NCBI GenBank assembly: GCA_964648665.1
Contig: CAZYOA010000005.1
Span: 22,822 to 86,821, forward strand
DNA: 64,000 nucleotides
Reading direction: 5' to 3'
From: an uncultured Planctomycetales bacterium
GTDB taxonomy: Bacteria > Omnitrophota > Gorgyraeia > Zapsychrales > Aceulaceae
Part shown: piece after piece, positions 38,801 to 47,700 of the stretch
Layout: every line of letters starts with the position of its first letter
Position numbering within the stretch: position 1 is the first letter of the stretch
Program-made: the position numbers and the translations under genes
Notes under the pieces: model-generated
The model's input: only the letters and a program-made list of their open reading frames with translations
The model's database searches: none
What the model was told of the DNA's origin: nothing

Positions 38801-41800
38801 TACAGCTTTTGAAACCAATACGCCTGAACAGAAACATCTTGCGCGAGAAGTTATCACGAATGCCTCAAATACTCATCAGGATTTATCGGTCTGGGTCAAG
38901 AATCCAGAATCTAAAAAAGGTGAGCTTATTGCTATGAATCCGAATTCCACAAGAACAGCTGCATCTTCTTCCATAGCGTCATCCGCTTTAAAAGCTTTAA
39001 AAAAGACAGCTAAAATTGCTGTGATGATTTCTGTTTTTGCCTTATCTTTTTTGGTTCAGAGCTGCGCCCAAGAATCTAATAAACAGGTTCAAAAAAATGT
39101 TCATGATCTTTTAGACTTGCCAGGAACGGAAACCCCATCTGTTAATACCTCGATACAGGAACTTGCTAAAGACTATCTTTGGAAGGCTCCTGCAATAGAT
39201 TCATTGGACGCCTTTGTTGCGCGTTGGCCTTATAGCCTAGATGGTCGTAACGCTCAAGAGAAGGTCGAAGTTTTATCTCATTATATTAAGAATGAATTGG
39301 GCGTTTTGTCTTTAGGCAACGACGATTCTGATTTGACACAAAAAGGTGAAGATTTTCAGCCCAGGAAAGGTCGAGACTTAACATATGTTGCACAAAGTAA
39401 AGCCGCTGTATGCACAGGCTTTGCTCGATTAGGGTTTTTCTTAGGTAATTATTTAGGTATTCCTAATCAAACATTTCGAGCTTCTGATCAAAAGCAGGGT
39501 GATTTTGATCATGAAATTAATATCGTTTTTTCTGACGGGAAGGCAATTATATGGGATATGTCGACAGGTGTTGAGCAAAGCATTGTTAGCAAGCCTTTTG
39601 ATTTTGATGAATATTATCAAAAAATTGAGCTAGGCGATGGAGAATTCGAATATGTTCTTCGCCCTGGAAAAACATTTGATTTCTTAATTGAAAAGCAGTA
39701 TGAATATCCTGGAAATTTAAGTGATATTTATACTCGGATAGCTCCATGGTTTGCTCATGATGTTAATCAATTAACAGATTTGATTAAGAAATATGAAAAT
39801 GAAATTCAGGAGTTATATTCTAACGCGATTGACGTGTATAATTCAGGAGATTATGAATCCGCACAAAAACTTTTTTCTGAAATTCATCTTCAAGCCGAAA
39901 CTCTTTTTACTGTTAATTTCAAGAATTCGGCTGTCAGAGAAGTTATCACAGACTCTGATGAATCGGTAAAAAAGTATTATATTTTATTGTCGGAATCAAA
40001 ATCTTTAGATTTAGCCATTGGTGATTATCTCAAAGGAAATCGAGATCAGGCAAGTATGCCGCCGATAGAAAAGAATCAATTTGGAGTTTGGTATTTTTCA
40101 GAACAAACCAGAAATATTCAAAACTCTATGCAAAGAAGCGCCGAGTTGTTTGAGCAACAGAAATTTGAACAGGCCAAAGAAGAAATAGAGAATTATCAGA
40201 AGATTGCTCTAAAATTAAAAACTGATATTTCCGATAGAGGGCTTTCAAGAATTTTAGTTGATCCGGCTCCTGTCCTTCAGGAGATTGATGGCATCATTGG
40301 TGCAAGTTATCAGAATATTAAAGCTTGTGAAATGGAAATCGAGAGGCAAAAAGACAGAACGTATTATTGGGATGGAAAATCTGATGCAAAAGATAATAAG
40401 AATGCAAAGGTTTCAAGTAGTTCGCTAACGGTAGCTTTAAAAGGTTTTAAAATAGCTATGGCTACATCTATGGCAGCTGGATTTTTATCATTTTTACCAC
40501 TTCAATTCTTTGGGCAAGATAAAAATAATGAGAATCTTGTTGTTGATGGAAACTTTAATGTTTCTTGGCCTTCTGCTTTTGGAACGCCAGACTTTAAACG
40601 TGGGAAAATGTTGATGATTTCGTATTACGTTGGAGGAAAGGGGAAAAAGGGTGAAGGTGTTTATAGTAAAATAAAAGCCAATCAAGGCGTTTATCATATT
40701 AGCTTTGATTATATTGTTAAGCCAGCGCATAGAACATATTCTGAGCGTAATAATATTAATATTTGTCTTTTTAATAAAGTTTCACATCAACCAAATGGTC
40801 GTGTGCAAGAAGTTGTTCCTAAATATCTAACGAAAGAGGGAGGCGCGTATATAATTTATAGTGAAGAAAATATTGAAGCAGATGGAAAGTCGCGACATTT
40901 TGAGGGATATTTCTGTATACCTGCGAATCAATCGTATCAATATGTGGGTATTTATCCGACTGTTGATAAAACTCCAGGAGTAAGCAAGTCGATTGTAGGT
41001 ACAGTTTTTGATGATTTGACTATTACTCCTTTTTCAATTGATAAGATTCCTGAACATAAAATAGATATACCTAAAAGTGATCTTGATTTTTCTGCAGCAA
41101 CAATTACGAGTACTATCGAGCTAGACGATATTGCTCGCGTTGTTGGCAAGCCAACAGCTATCAAAAATACGATTTATTTTGATTATCACTCAGGTCATGA
41201 AAGAGGAGAAGATGGAAGGACAAAGGTTAGAGCTGTTGGTGTATGGAACCGTGACTATCCTGATCGACCAGAGAGGACTCCTCGTGGGTGGCTTAAGAAA
41301 GTAACTCCTAAGGATTATGTTGTTGATGAAAATGGAGAGATTCATATTACAAAGCCGTTATTTAATGAAATTAATATCAAAGAGCTCATGAAAGAAGATT
41401 TTGCTTTTATTCAAGATCAGTATGATCAAGCATTTGATATTTTAAATAAGAATGTTGTAGCATCTAAGAATCATTTAAATCAAGCGCAGATACGTCTGGA
41501 TCAAGTTGTTAGAAAGTTATTAGCAGAAAAAGATGTTGATAATATTGAGGCAGTGTTTGAGGCGCTAGATAAAATATCTGATGTTATTAGTGGCGATTTA
41601 GAAGCCATTGAGAATTTTCGAATACAAGGGGAGACTCTTGCCGATATGCAAATGAAGGTCAATGAAGTTAATGCTGCTTTAGAAGAAGTCACTGCTGCTT
41701 TAGAATCTGATATTGATACTGATTCTCAAAAAAGTCGAGCAGCAAAGGCTTTTAATGATGCCATTGCTGTTATATCTGAAAATAGCTTATTATTAGAGAA

Positions 41801-42455
41801 GTTAGATTATGATGCTCAGAAAGCTGTTGTTGTTATAGAGAATATTTTACGAAGATTAGGTATTGAGAATTTTTCATCAAAACCTTCTAACAATGATGCA
41901 CAATCAATGAATCAATTTGAGCAATCACCTGATTTTGAGATTCTAGAATCTATTGCTCAGGGTGAGGTTTTTGGCATTGAAGGCAATAGCGGTTTTACAT
42001 CGCTTGAAACTAAAACCCTTGAACAGCAACATCTTGCACGAGAAGTTATTTTGAATGCCTCAAATATTCATCAGGATTTATCGGTCTGGGTAGATAATCC
42101 TGAGAAAAACACGCTTGAGCTTATTTCTATTAATTCGAATGCGTATGAGAGCGGGAAGACGCGTACAACCGCCTCATCAAATGTTGGTGGAATTGATCTT
42201 AATGCTCAATATTTGGATCTTAAAACTCAAGGCATAGATATGGATTTTGAACTGCCTTTAGAATGGCAAGGAGTGGATCTTAGTAATGTTCCTGGCCTTA
42301 TTCCTGTATTTATTCAAATTACACCTGTTATCAACTTTCCTGCTTTTGTTGCAGGAGAAGAAGACATTGAAAATAACAATGCTGCATTAGCATTTCATCA
42401 ACCTTTAATTGAACAAAAGAAGGATTTTATAGTAAAAAAAGAATTTAATATTTAA
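35832..42455 (+). CDS. Giant family protein 1 (2207 aa), composed of several distinct modules
   Basis: Uninterrupted 6.6-kb ORF with an AGAAAGG RBS. In order it contains the family N-module, a six-bladed propeller and repeat unit R1. These are followed by a lipobox-like TM, a transglutaminase-like core, another TM, a beta-rich region, repeat unit R2 and the family C-module. N- and C-termini are shared with the 44726 and 54534 genes. Confidence 0.9.
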   Translation: MFFLPRRKILYSAKKGVSVFVAICFLSMTLLPSIALAQSVAGLPIPGTLLATTSSFTPLMLRGIQINPENPFEFNFLLDTGSDSLNQDEIKSQSETIAKYFLSTLTIPEEDLWVNLSPHEENRIAPDALSQTDMGRDLLAQDYILKQLTASLIHPDDETGKVFWKKVYKKAYEEYGTTQIPVDTFNKVWIVPNKATIYQEGNRAFVAESYMKVMLETDYLALEKSAESQGARDAESKADNALASQVVREVLIPLLEKEVNEGKLFSKLRQMYHSMILATWYKQNLKSSIINKIYSDQSKVKGVETPDPEIVNKIYDQYLEAFDKGVCDLIKKEKDPVTDKVFFRKYFSGGFDAKAISSNIKVKSSPRFRSVVVRNIVGMVFSAVFMLMSPTHLLAQSQASPASETSVNLDDDIFKMNDYFFYETEAEIIYGRGSGQGLADPEHLEDVAVDSDGNIWLVDYEGDQVIVIDKKTGKPKIVDRKFESPAGLRIDEEDNIWIAEFYDGKIVMLDRKTGEWIFKGTFNHPSDIEFDDKGNVWVSEWGSEYIWMMNKETGKKEIVEEGFEMVNDIAFDQDGNLWITDFKKGCVFMRDKTGKLDVVKRNLNSPRDVAIDNEGNVWIAEEEADRIWVRLKNTGEWKIFPMEFSRPYGIAFDNQGNLLVSETSGKCLNRIKKTFLPLPNISIQGINIPKSNLDFSAATITSTIELDDIVRVVGQPTNIKNTIYFDYHSGYERGENGRTKVRAVGRWNRDYPDRPERNPRGWLKKVTPKDYVVDENGEIQITKPLFKEIEIRELMKEDFAFIQDRYDQAFNVMDSDVLTAKNHLNQARVRLEQLIKKLSAETSMDNRELVFESLDKTVDVIRGDLEAVENFEKHGQIIVSVHEKINNFNIILKEGTSSEARKREAEKSLNGLLNSLTQNQDILKDYGYDTKHAIDFLNKIAKGFDINNFTSTSSKSDAQSLNQFEQSTNSEILKSIAEGDVFGIEDKNGFTAFETNTPEQKHLAREVITNASNTHQDLSVWVKNPESKKGELIAMNPNSTRTAASSSIASSALKALKKTAKIAVMISVFALSFLVQSCAQESNKQVQKNVHDLLDLPGTETPSVNTSIQELAKDYLWKAPAIDSLDAFVARWPYSLDGRNAQEKVEVLSHYIKNELGVLSLGNDDSDLTQKGEDFQPRKGRDLTYVAQSKAAVCTGFARLGFFLGNYLGIPNQTFRASDQKQGDFDHEINIVFSDGKAIIWDMSTGVEQSIVSKPFDFDEYYQKIELGDGEFEYVLRPGKTFDFLIEKQYEYPGNLSDIYTRIAPWFAHDVNQLTDLIKKYENEIQELYSNAIDVYNSGDYESAQKLFSEIHLQAETLFTVNFKNSAVREVITDSDESVKKYYILLSESKSLDLAIGDYLKGNRDQASMPPIEKNQFGVWYFSEQTRNIQNSMQRSAELFEQQKFEQAKEEIENYQKIALKLKTDISDRGLSRILVDPAPVLQEIDGIIGASYQNIKACEMEIERQKDRTYYWDGKSDAKDNKNAKVSSSSLTVALKGFKIAMATSMAAGFLSFLPLQFFGQDKNNENLVVDGNFNVSWPSAFGTPDFKRGKMLMISYYVGGKGKKGEGVYSKIKANQGVYHISFDYIVKPAHRTYSERNNINICLFNKVSHQPNGRVQEVVPKYLTKEGGAYIIYSEENIEADGKSRHFEGYFCIPANQSYQYVGIYPTVDKTPGVSKSIVGTVFDDLTITPFSIDKIPEHKIDIPKSDLDFSAATITSTIELDDIARVVGKPTAIKNTIYFDYHSGHERGEDGRTKVRAVGVWNRDYPDRPERTPRGWLKKVTPKDYVVDENGEIHITKPLFNEINIKELMKEDFAFIQDQYDQAFDILNKNVVASKNHLNQAQIRLDQVVRKLLAEKDVDNIEAVFEALDKISDVISGDLEAIENFRIQGETLADMQMKVNEVNAALEEVTAALESDIDTDSQKSRAAKAFNDAIAVISENSLLLEKLDYDAQKAVVVIENILRRLGIENFSSKPSNNDAQSMNQFEQSPDFEILESIAQGEVFGIEGNSGFTSLETKTLEQQHLAREVILNASNIHQDLSVWVDNPEKNTLELISINSNAYESGKTRTTASSNVGGIDLNAQYLDLKTQGIDMDFELPLEWQGVDLSNVPGLIPVFIQITPVINFPAFVAGEEDIENNNAALAFHQPLIEQKKDFIVKKEFNI
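37893..38960 (+). repeat. Intragenic repeat unit R1 (about 1.06 kb) of giant gene 1
   Basis: IPKSNLDFSAATITSTIELDD...RAVGRWNRDYPDRPERNPRGWLKKVTPKDYVVDENGEI...GDVFGIEDKNGF...HQDLSVWVKNPE is repeated 3174 nt (1058 codons) downstream. Confidence 0.9.
41067..42180 (+). repeat. Intragenic repeat unit R2 of giant gene 1
   Basis: IPKSDLDFSAATITSTIELDD...RAVGVWNRDYPDRPERTPRGWLKKVTPKDYVVDENGEI...GEVFGIEGNSGF...HQDLSVWVDNPE. The first roughly 130 codons are near-identical to R1; the rest is more diverged. Confidence 0.9.
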
Positions 42456-42474
42456 ACAACAGAAAGGTGCATTT

Positions 42475-43029
42475 ATGTTTTTCTTGCCACGGGGAAAAAT
42501 GTTGTACAGTGTTAAAAAAGGTGTCTCAGTCTTTGTTGTCATATGCTTTTTATGGATGACGCTTTTTCCTAGCATTGCTCTCGCTCAAAGCGTTGTCGGC
42601 CTGCCTGTTCCAGGGGCCATCTTGAACATAACATCAAGCTTTACGCCTTTGATGCTTCGTGGTATTCAAATTAATCCTAAAAATCCTTTTGAATTCAACT
42701 TTCTTTTAGATACAGGTTCTGATTCTCTCGATCAAGATGAATCATTCCGCTTAAGGCAAGAGAATGAAGATTATGCCAAGCAAATCAAAGAAAAGATTTC
42801 TGGTTTAGAGAAGGAAAAAGTTTTGCTGGAACAAAGGATGAGCACTGTTAATCCGCAAGATTCTGTGCAGCTTGATGAGCTAAAGAATCGCAATGCGCAG
42901 CTTCAGGATCAAAATAAGTTTGCTCAGTCTGAATTGATTAAGACAAAAGCTCGTGCGCAGGGCTTGGAAAAGATTTGTGCGGATTATCAAACACAGTTAG
43001 AAGAAACTTTTCGCAATATAAAAACTTAA
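42475..43029 (+). CDS. Chimeric ORF: giant-family N-terminus (about 88 aa) fused to a paralog of the coiled-coil protein C-terminus (about 96 aa)
   Basis: Residues 1-88 align with giant 1 residues 1-88 (MFFLPRGK...LLDTGSDSLDQDE). Residues 89-184 align with the end of ORF 33142-34209 (...RAQGLEKICADYQTQLEE). The junction is near nt 42740. May be expressed or a recombination relic. Confidence 0.6.
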   Translation: MFFLPRGKMLYSVKKGVSVFVVICFLWMTLFPSIALAQSVVGLPVPGAILNITSSFTPLMLRGIQINPKNPFEFNFLLDTGSDSLDQDESFRLRQENEDYAKQIKEKISGLEKEKVLLEQRMSTVNPQDSVQLDELKNRNAQLQDQNKFAQSELIKTKARAQGLEKICADYQTQLEETFRNIKT

Positions 43030-43041
43030 ATTTTATTCTTT

Positions 43042-43455
43042 ATGACTTTTAATTATTTGCAGATATTAAAGGTTGGACATCAAGGCATTGTTGTTGCCAT
43101 TGATCAAACACAGCCGTTTCTTCGATCATATAGGGAAGCTCGATCAAGAATTATTAGCTTAAAAGAACAGCTTTTAGTTTTTCTTAGCCGTCAAGATAAG
43201 CGTATGTTTGATGAACTTTACGCATTTCATAAAGGAGATAGGCAGTCGACAAAGATGGTTGACTTTATTCTTCATGATTTAAAAGATATTAAGGTAAAAT
43301 ATTTAATCTTTTTTGATAAACATTCTGGAGAAGTTTTTGATACAAGTGCAGCGTCTTTTCCGAGAGATTTTTCGGATTTCTCGGCACAAATAATAGGAAG
43401 ATTAAAGATTGAAGAAGAATATTTGTTTCCACTTCTTAAAGAAATGAACAGATAG
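43042..43455 (+). CDS. Hypothetical 137-aa protein, cassette component (paralog of 34217-34630)
   Basis: Same length and collinear similarity (MT.NYLQIL.VGHQ...DLKDIKVKYL.FFDKH...IEEEYLFPLLK). Confidence 0.55.
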   Translation: MTFNYLQILKVGHQGIVVAIDQTQPFLRSYREARSRIISLKEQLLVFLSRQDKRMFDELYAFHKGDRQSTKMVDFILHDLKDIKVKYLIFFDKHSGEVFDTSAASFPRDFSDFSAQIIGRLKIEEEYLFPLLKEMNR

Positions 43456-43498
43456 GTAGGGAGTTGCAACCAGAAAGGATTTTGCTATAATAGCGATT

Positions 43499-43912
43499 AT
43501 GAAAAATAAAATTTTGTTTGTTATTCTTTGTTTTAGTTTCATTGGATGTGCCCGGTTGATGGAGATTCCAAAATCAATTTGGGGGTCTTCAACCAAAGCT
43601 TTGGAAGAGTATCGTTCTACGGCAATGGTTAAAGATTATCCGTGTGCGCTGGATAGTTGTTTTGACGATATTCTTAATATTGCTAGCGAATTTGAGCTCG
43701 ACATTTTTATCAAAGAGAGAAGGCGTAAGCTTATTGTTTTAATGGGATTTGAGGGAGTGACAAATACCACAGAAGTTGGTATTTTCTTAACGCCGATAAC
43801 AGATGTTCAAACAAAACTCGAAGTTGTTTCGCTAAGTTCTTCGGCTCAGCGAATCGCAACAGAGCTTATCTTTTCACAATTAGACGATAAATTCTTAGAA
43901 GAAGAGCAGTAA
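43499..43912 (+). CDS. Lipoprotein, cassette component (paralog of 34676-35080)
   Basis: MKNKILFVILCFSFIGC lipobox. Shared IWGSST.ALE.YR, LDIFI and IVLMGFEGVT.TTEVGIFLT blocks. Confidence 0.65.
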   Translation: MKNKILFVILCFSFIGCARLMEIPKSIWGSSTKALEEYRSTAMVKDYPCALDSCFDDILNIASEFELDIFIKERRRKLIVLMGFEGVTNTTEVGIFLTPITDVQTKLEVVSLSSSAQRIATELIFSQLDDKFLEEEQ

Positions 43913-43913
43913 T

Positions 43914-44432
43914 ATGATTGAGCATGAATTGCTTTTTTTAGGACTCTTAATGGAGGGCCCAAAGCATGGCTATGAAATTAAACGTCAGCTAGAAGAAGAA
44001 TTGTTCCCTTTTTTAGGCTTAAAGGTCAAATCTATTTATTATCCTTTAAGAAAGATGGAAAAGCTTGGCCTCGTTGAAAAAGATGTTGACCGCGAAGGAA
44101 AATTTCCTGAGAAGTTTGTTTATAAGATTACCTCAAAAGGTAAAAAGATCTTTGATCATCTTTTGACTGAGAATTTTCTTTCCATTGAGCGACCGTATTT
44201 TAATGTCGATCTCTCGTTATATTTCTTGCCTTATGTGGATCAAAAAATTGCTAAGAGGCGTCTGCGCGCGCGGGTTATTTTTCTTAAGCGTATCAAGCGC
44301 GATCTTGAATCCATAAAGAAGAATATTAAAAAAGCTTCCAAACACCATATTATTATTTTAAACCACGACCTTGACCTTGTTGAGGCTGAAATTAAGTCTA
44401 TCGAGCAACTCATCGAAACATTTACTTCATAA
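43914..44432 (+). CDS. PadR-family transcriptional regulator (copy 2)
   Basis: About 88% identical to copy 1, with the same winged-HTH motifs. Confidence 0.8.
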   Translation: MIEHELLFLGLLMEGPKHGYEIKRQLEEELFPFLGLKVKSIYYPLRKMEKLGLVEKDVDREGKFPEKFVYKITSKGKKIFDHLLTENFLSIERPYFNVDLSLYFLPYVDQKIAKRRLRARVIFLKRIKRDLESIKKNIKKASKHHIIILNHDLDLVEAEIKSIEQLIETFTS

Positions 44433-44510
44433 TATCCTTTAAATCTTAAATTTCTTATCTTCCTTGGAATTAATTATTTTTTATTTTTCATTATTTTCCG
44501 TTTCTCTCGT

Positions 44511-44574
44511 CTGAGAAAGCGCTTTCTTAGAATACCTGGTTTTCTGTTGTTTTGGTGATTTATCATGCTATACT
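44511..44574 (+). promoter_or_regulatory. Near-perfect 20-bp palindrome CTGAGAAAGC|GCTTTCTTAG plus extended -10 (TGcTATACT) upstream of giant gene 2
   Basis: The 14-bp core AGAAAGCGCTTTCT (44514-44527) is a perfect inverted repeat. The 24-nt string tctcgtctgagaaagcgctttctt is identical at 61117-61140. TATACT lies at 44569-44574. Confidence 0.5.
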
Positions 44575-44725
44575 TTATATAATTCACAAGCAGGCATATT
44601 TATAGAAATTTGGCCCTTCCAAAGAATTAGCTCTCTGTCGGGGTAGGTAGCACAATTTTTTTAAATCGAATGGGAGTGCACAAGTAGATGCACTAACAAA
44701 TCTTTATCATAAGAAAGGTACACTC

Positions 44726-47700
44726 ATGTTTCTCTTACCACGGGGAAAAACACTGTATAATATTAAAAAGTTTGTTTCATTTGTTGTTTTTGTATGTTTT
44801 TTATGGATGACACTTTTTCCAAGCGCTGTACTCGCTCAAAGCGTTGCAGGTCTTCCGATTCCAGGAACACTGCTAGCATCCACACCCAGTTTTACTCCTT
44901 TAATGCTTCGTGGTATTCAAATTAACCCTAAAAATCCTTTTGAATTTAACTTTCTTCTAGACACAGGAACAAGACACCTTTCTCAAGATGAAATCAAAAC
45001 CCAATCTGAAACCATCGCGAAATATTTTTTATCAACAGTCACGATTCCAGAGGAAGATCTATGGGTCAATCTTTCTCCTTATGAGAAAGACCGAATCGTT
45101 CCTGAGGCTTTATCTCAAACGGATATGGGCCGTGATCTTTTAGCTCAGGATTATATATTAAAGCAGCTAACTGCTTCTTTAATTCATCCAGATGATGAGA
45201 CAGGCAAAGTGTTTTGGGAAAAAGTTTACAAAAAAGCTTATCAAGAATATGGAACAACGAACATTCCAGTTAATACTTTTAATAAGGTGTGGATTGTCCC
45301 TGATAAAGCCACAGTTTACCAAGAAGGCAATAGGGCCTTTGTAGCTGAGAGCTATATGAAGGTGATGGTGGAGGAAGACTTCTTGGCTAGACAAGTGAAT
45401 AGCGAAAAGTCGTTAGTGAATAGTAAGAAACAGCAGATGCAGAATGTCGATGGTCATTTACAAGATGCTATTGCTCAAGACATTGTCCGTGAAGTTCTAA
45501 TTCCCTTATTAGAAAAGGAAGTCAATGAGGGCAAGCTTTTCTCTCAACTTCGACAAATGTATCATTCCATGATCTTAGCTACCTGGTATAAGCAGAATCT
45601 CAAAGGTTCCATTATTAATAAAATCTATGCGGATCAAAGCAAGGTTAAGGGGGTTGAAACTCCTGATCCAAAGACTGTTAATAAGATCTACGACCAATAC
45701 CTAGAAGCCTTTGAAAAAGGGGTTTGCGATATCGTTAAAGTTGAGTATGATCCTAATACTCAAAAGAATGTACCAAGAAAATATTTTTCAGGTGGATTTG
45801 CTGCGAGTGCAATCTTATCTAGATTTAAGGTTAGCCGCTCTTCAAGAAGATTTCGTAAAACAGTTGTTAATTCGGTTGTTGGCTTTGTTTTTATGGCTAT
45901 ATTTGCGCTGTCTTCGGCCGATAGTCTTCAAGCGCAGATAGTGGATCGATCCTCACAAAATCCGATTGAAAAAACATCAACCAAGCCCAACGAGGTGAAA
46001 CCGAGTCCTTTTGGCAAACCGGTGCCTGCGTTGCCAGAAATAACTCAGAGTGAAATTGATCAAATTATGGGTCGTTTTAAGTTTGAATATCCTAAAAAAT
46101 TGAGCTCGTCAGATCAGCCGCCAGAATTTCCTGTTAAGGTAACTCCAAACTTTGGATCAATTCCTTTGCCTAAGATGATACCGCTTAAGCTAGGTGCGAC
46201 TGAGAAATTAATATTAATCGACACCTTAAGCATACCGCGCATTAATGTTTCTGATTCTACAAAAGAGATTAATATCGACCCGCTTATTAAGAAATTTGGG
46301 CTTCATTGGTATTCAGTTGAGGAAAAACCAAAAGAAGGCGTAATTGTAAAAGAGAAGGTTTCAGAAATTACAGAAAAAATAAACGATAAGTATATTTTTG
46401 GATCAAAATCGGGCAATAAAATAGCGGATATTTTTATCCGCGTGCATACTTCTAAGGGTGTGTTTAATTTGCCAGGTATAGAAAATCCTAAGATGAAGCT
46501 TCTTCCGACTTCACTAGGGACAGACGAAGAATGGTTTAAAGCGCAGATTACCAAACAAGAAGGGGTAGACAATCTAACTTTTAAGAAATTTTCATTACTT
46601 AGAAACACAAATTTTATAGTAGAGAAAGACACAAACTTTTTAGATCTTCATATCGATGACTTAGCCAAATCTTATGATAAGGATGTTAAGGCTATATTAG
46701 TTGTTGCGTTAGATAATTTTAATAACGCATTTAATATAGACAGTCTTTTATATACCTTTGAGCTACTCGATCAAATACCTCAGGTGGACATACCTGGACC
46801 ATCAGAAGAAAATATTGAGAGACTGTTAGAGCTTCGGGATTCATTTTCTGAAACAGGGGAGTTAGAAGTAGGTACTGTTACGATGAAATTTGAAAAATAT
46901 GATCTTTCTCAAAAGATGCCTTCACCGATTGATGTTTCTACTGAAAGGGGAGAAGGATTTATTTCCGCAAAAGGAGCTTTTTCAGAGCTATCTTTTTTGC
47001 CAAAGAGTTCTTTGTTGAATGATCTTTCTGGACCATTAGGTGATTTTTCGCAAAAGAAGAAGAATGTGGATCAACTAAAAACTTTGCCTTCAATTACTTC
47101 TCAATTTATCCCTCAAAAGGATATTCTTAAGGAAGATTTGCCTGACATCCCGTTGTTATCTAATTTGTCTTCGCCTGAGAATCCTAATATAGGCAATGAA
47201 AAGGAGTTATTACTTCCCATGCTAATTCCAGATTTAGTTCTTCCAGAGCTAAATATTGATGAGATCAAGGATTTTCCTGAGGGAGATTTTGAATCTCAAA
47301 AACCATTGATTCCAGACTTTGGTGAGCAAAAAGAAATTTATTTTCATATTGTTGATTCGGTTTCGGAAAATGCTTTTTTTCAAAAAGCCCCTGAGAACGA
47401 AAATTTGTTACCGGAAGATACAGAGTTTATTCGTACGCACTATACAGAAGCTGTAAAGAACATGAAGAATAAGCAACATGAATTGTCGAAACAAAATCTT
47501 GTTGAGGCAAAAAATAGCATCTTTGATTTACTTGAACGTTTGAAAAATGCTGATGCCAGCGATTCGCAAGCATCAAAAGATTGGCTAAGCAATGCTTTAT
47601 TAGCACTTACCGAAGTATCGCTAAAAAATGAAGAATTTCTTATTTTAGAGGAACTGAAGGTGGCTTTTGACACTCTAGGTGCTGGCAATGTTGTGGAGGC

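Larger units (their letters stand above)
42751..45805 (+). repeat. Segmental duplication, copy B
   Basis: Collinear with 33931-36890 (same gene order, paralogous proteins, alignable intergenic and promoter sequence). Confidence 0.85.
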
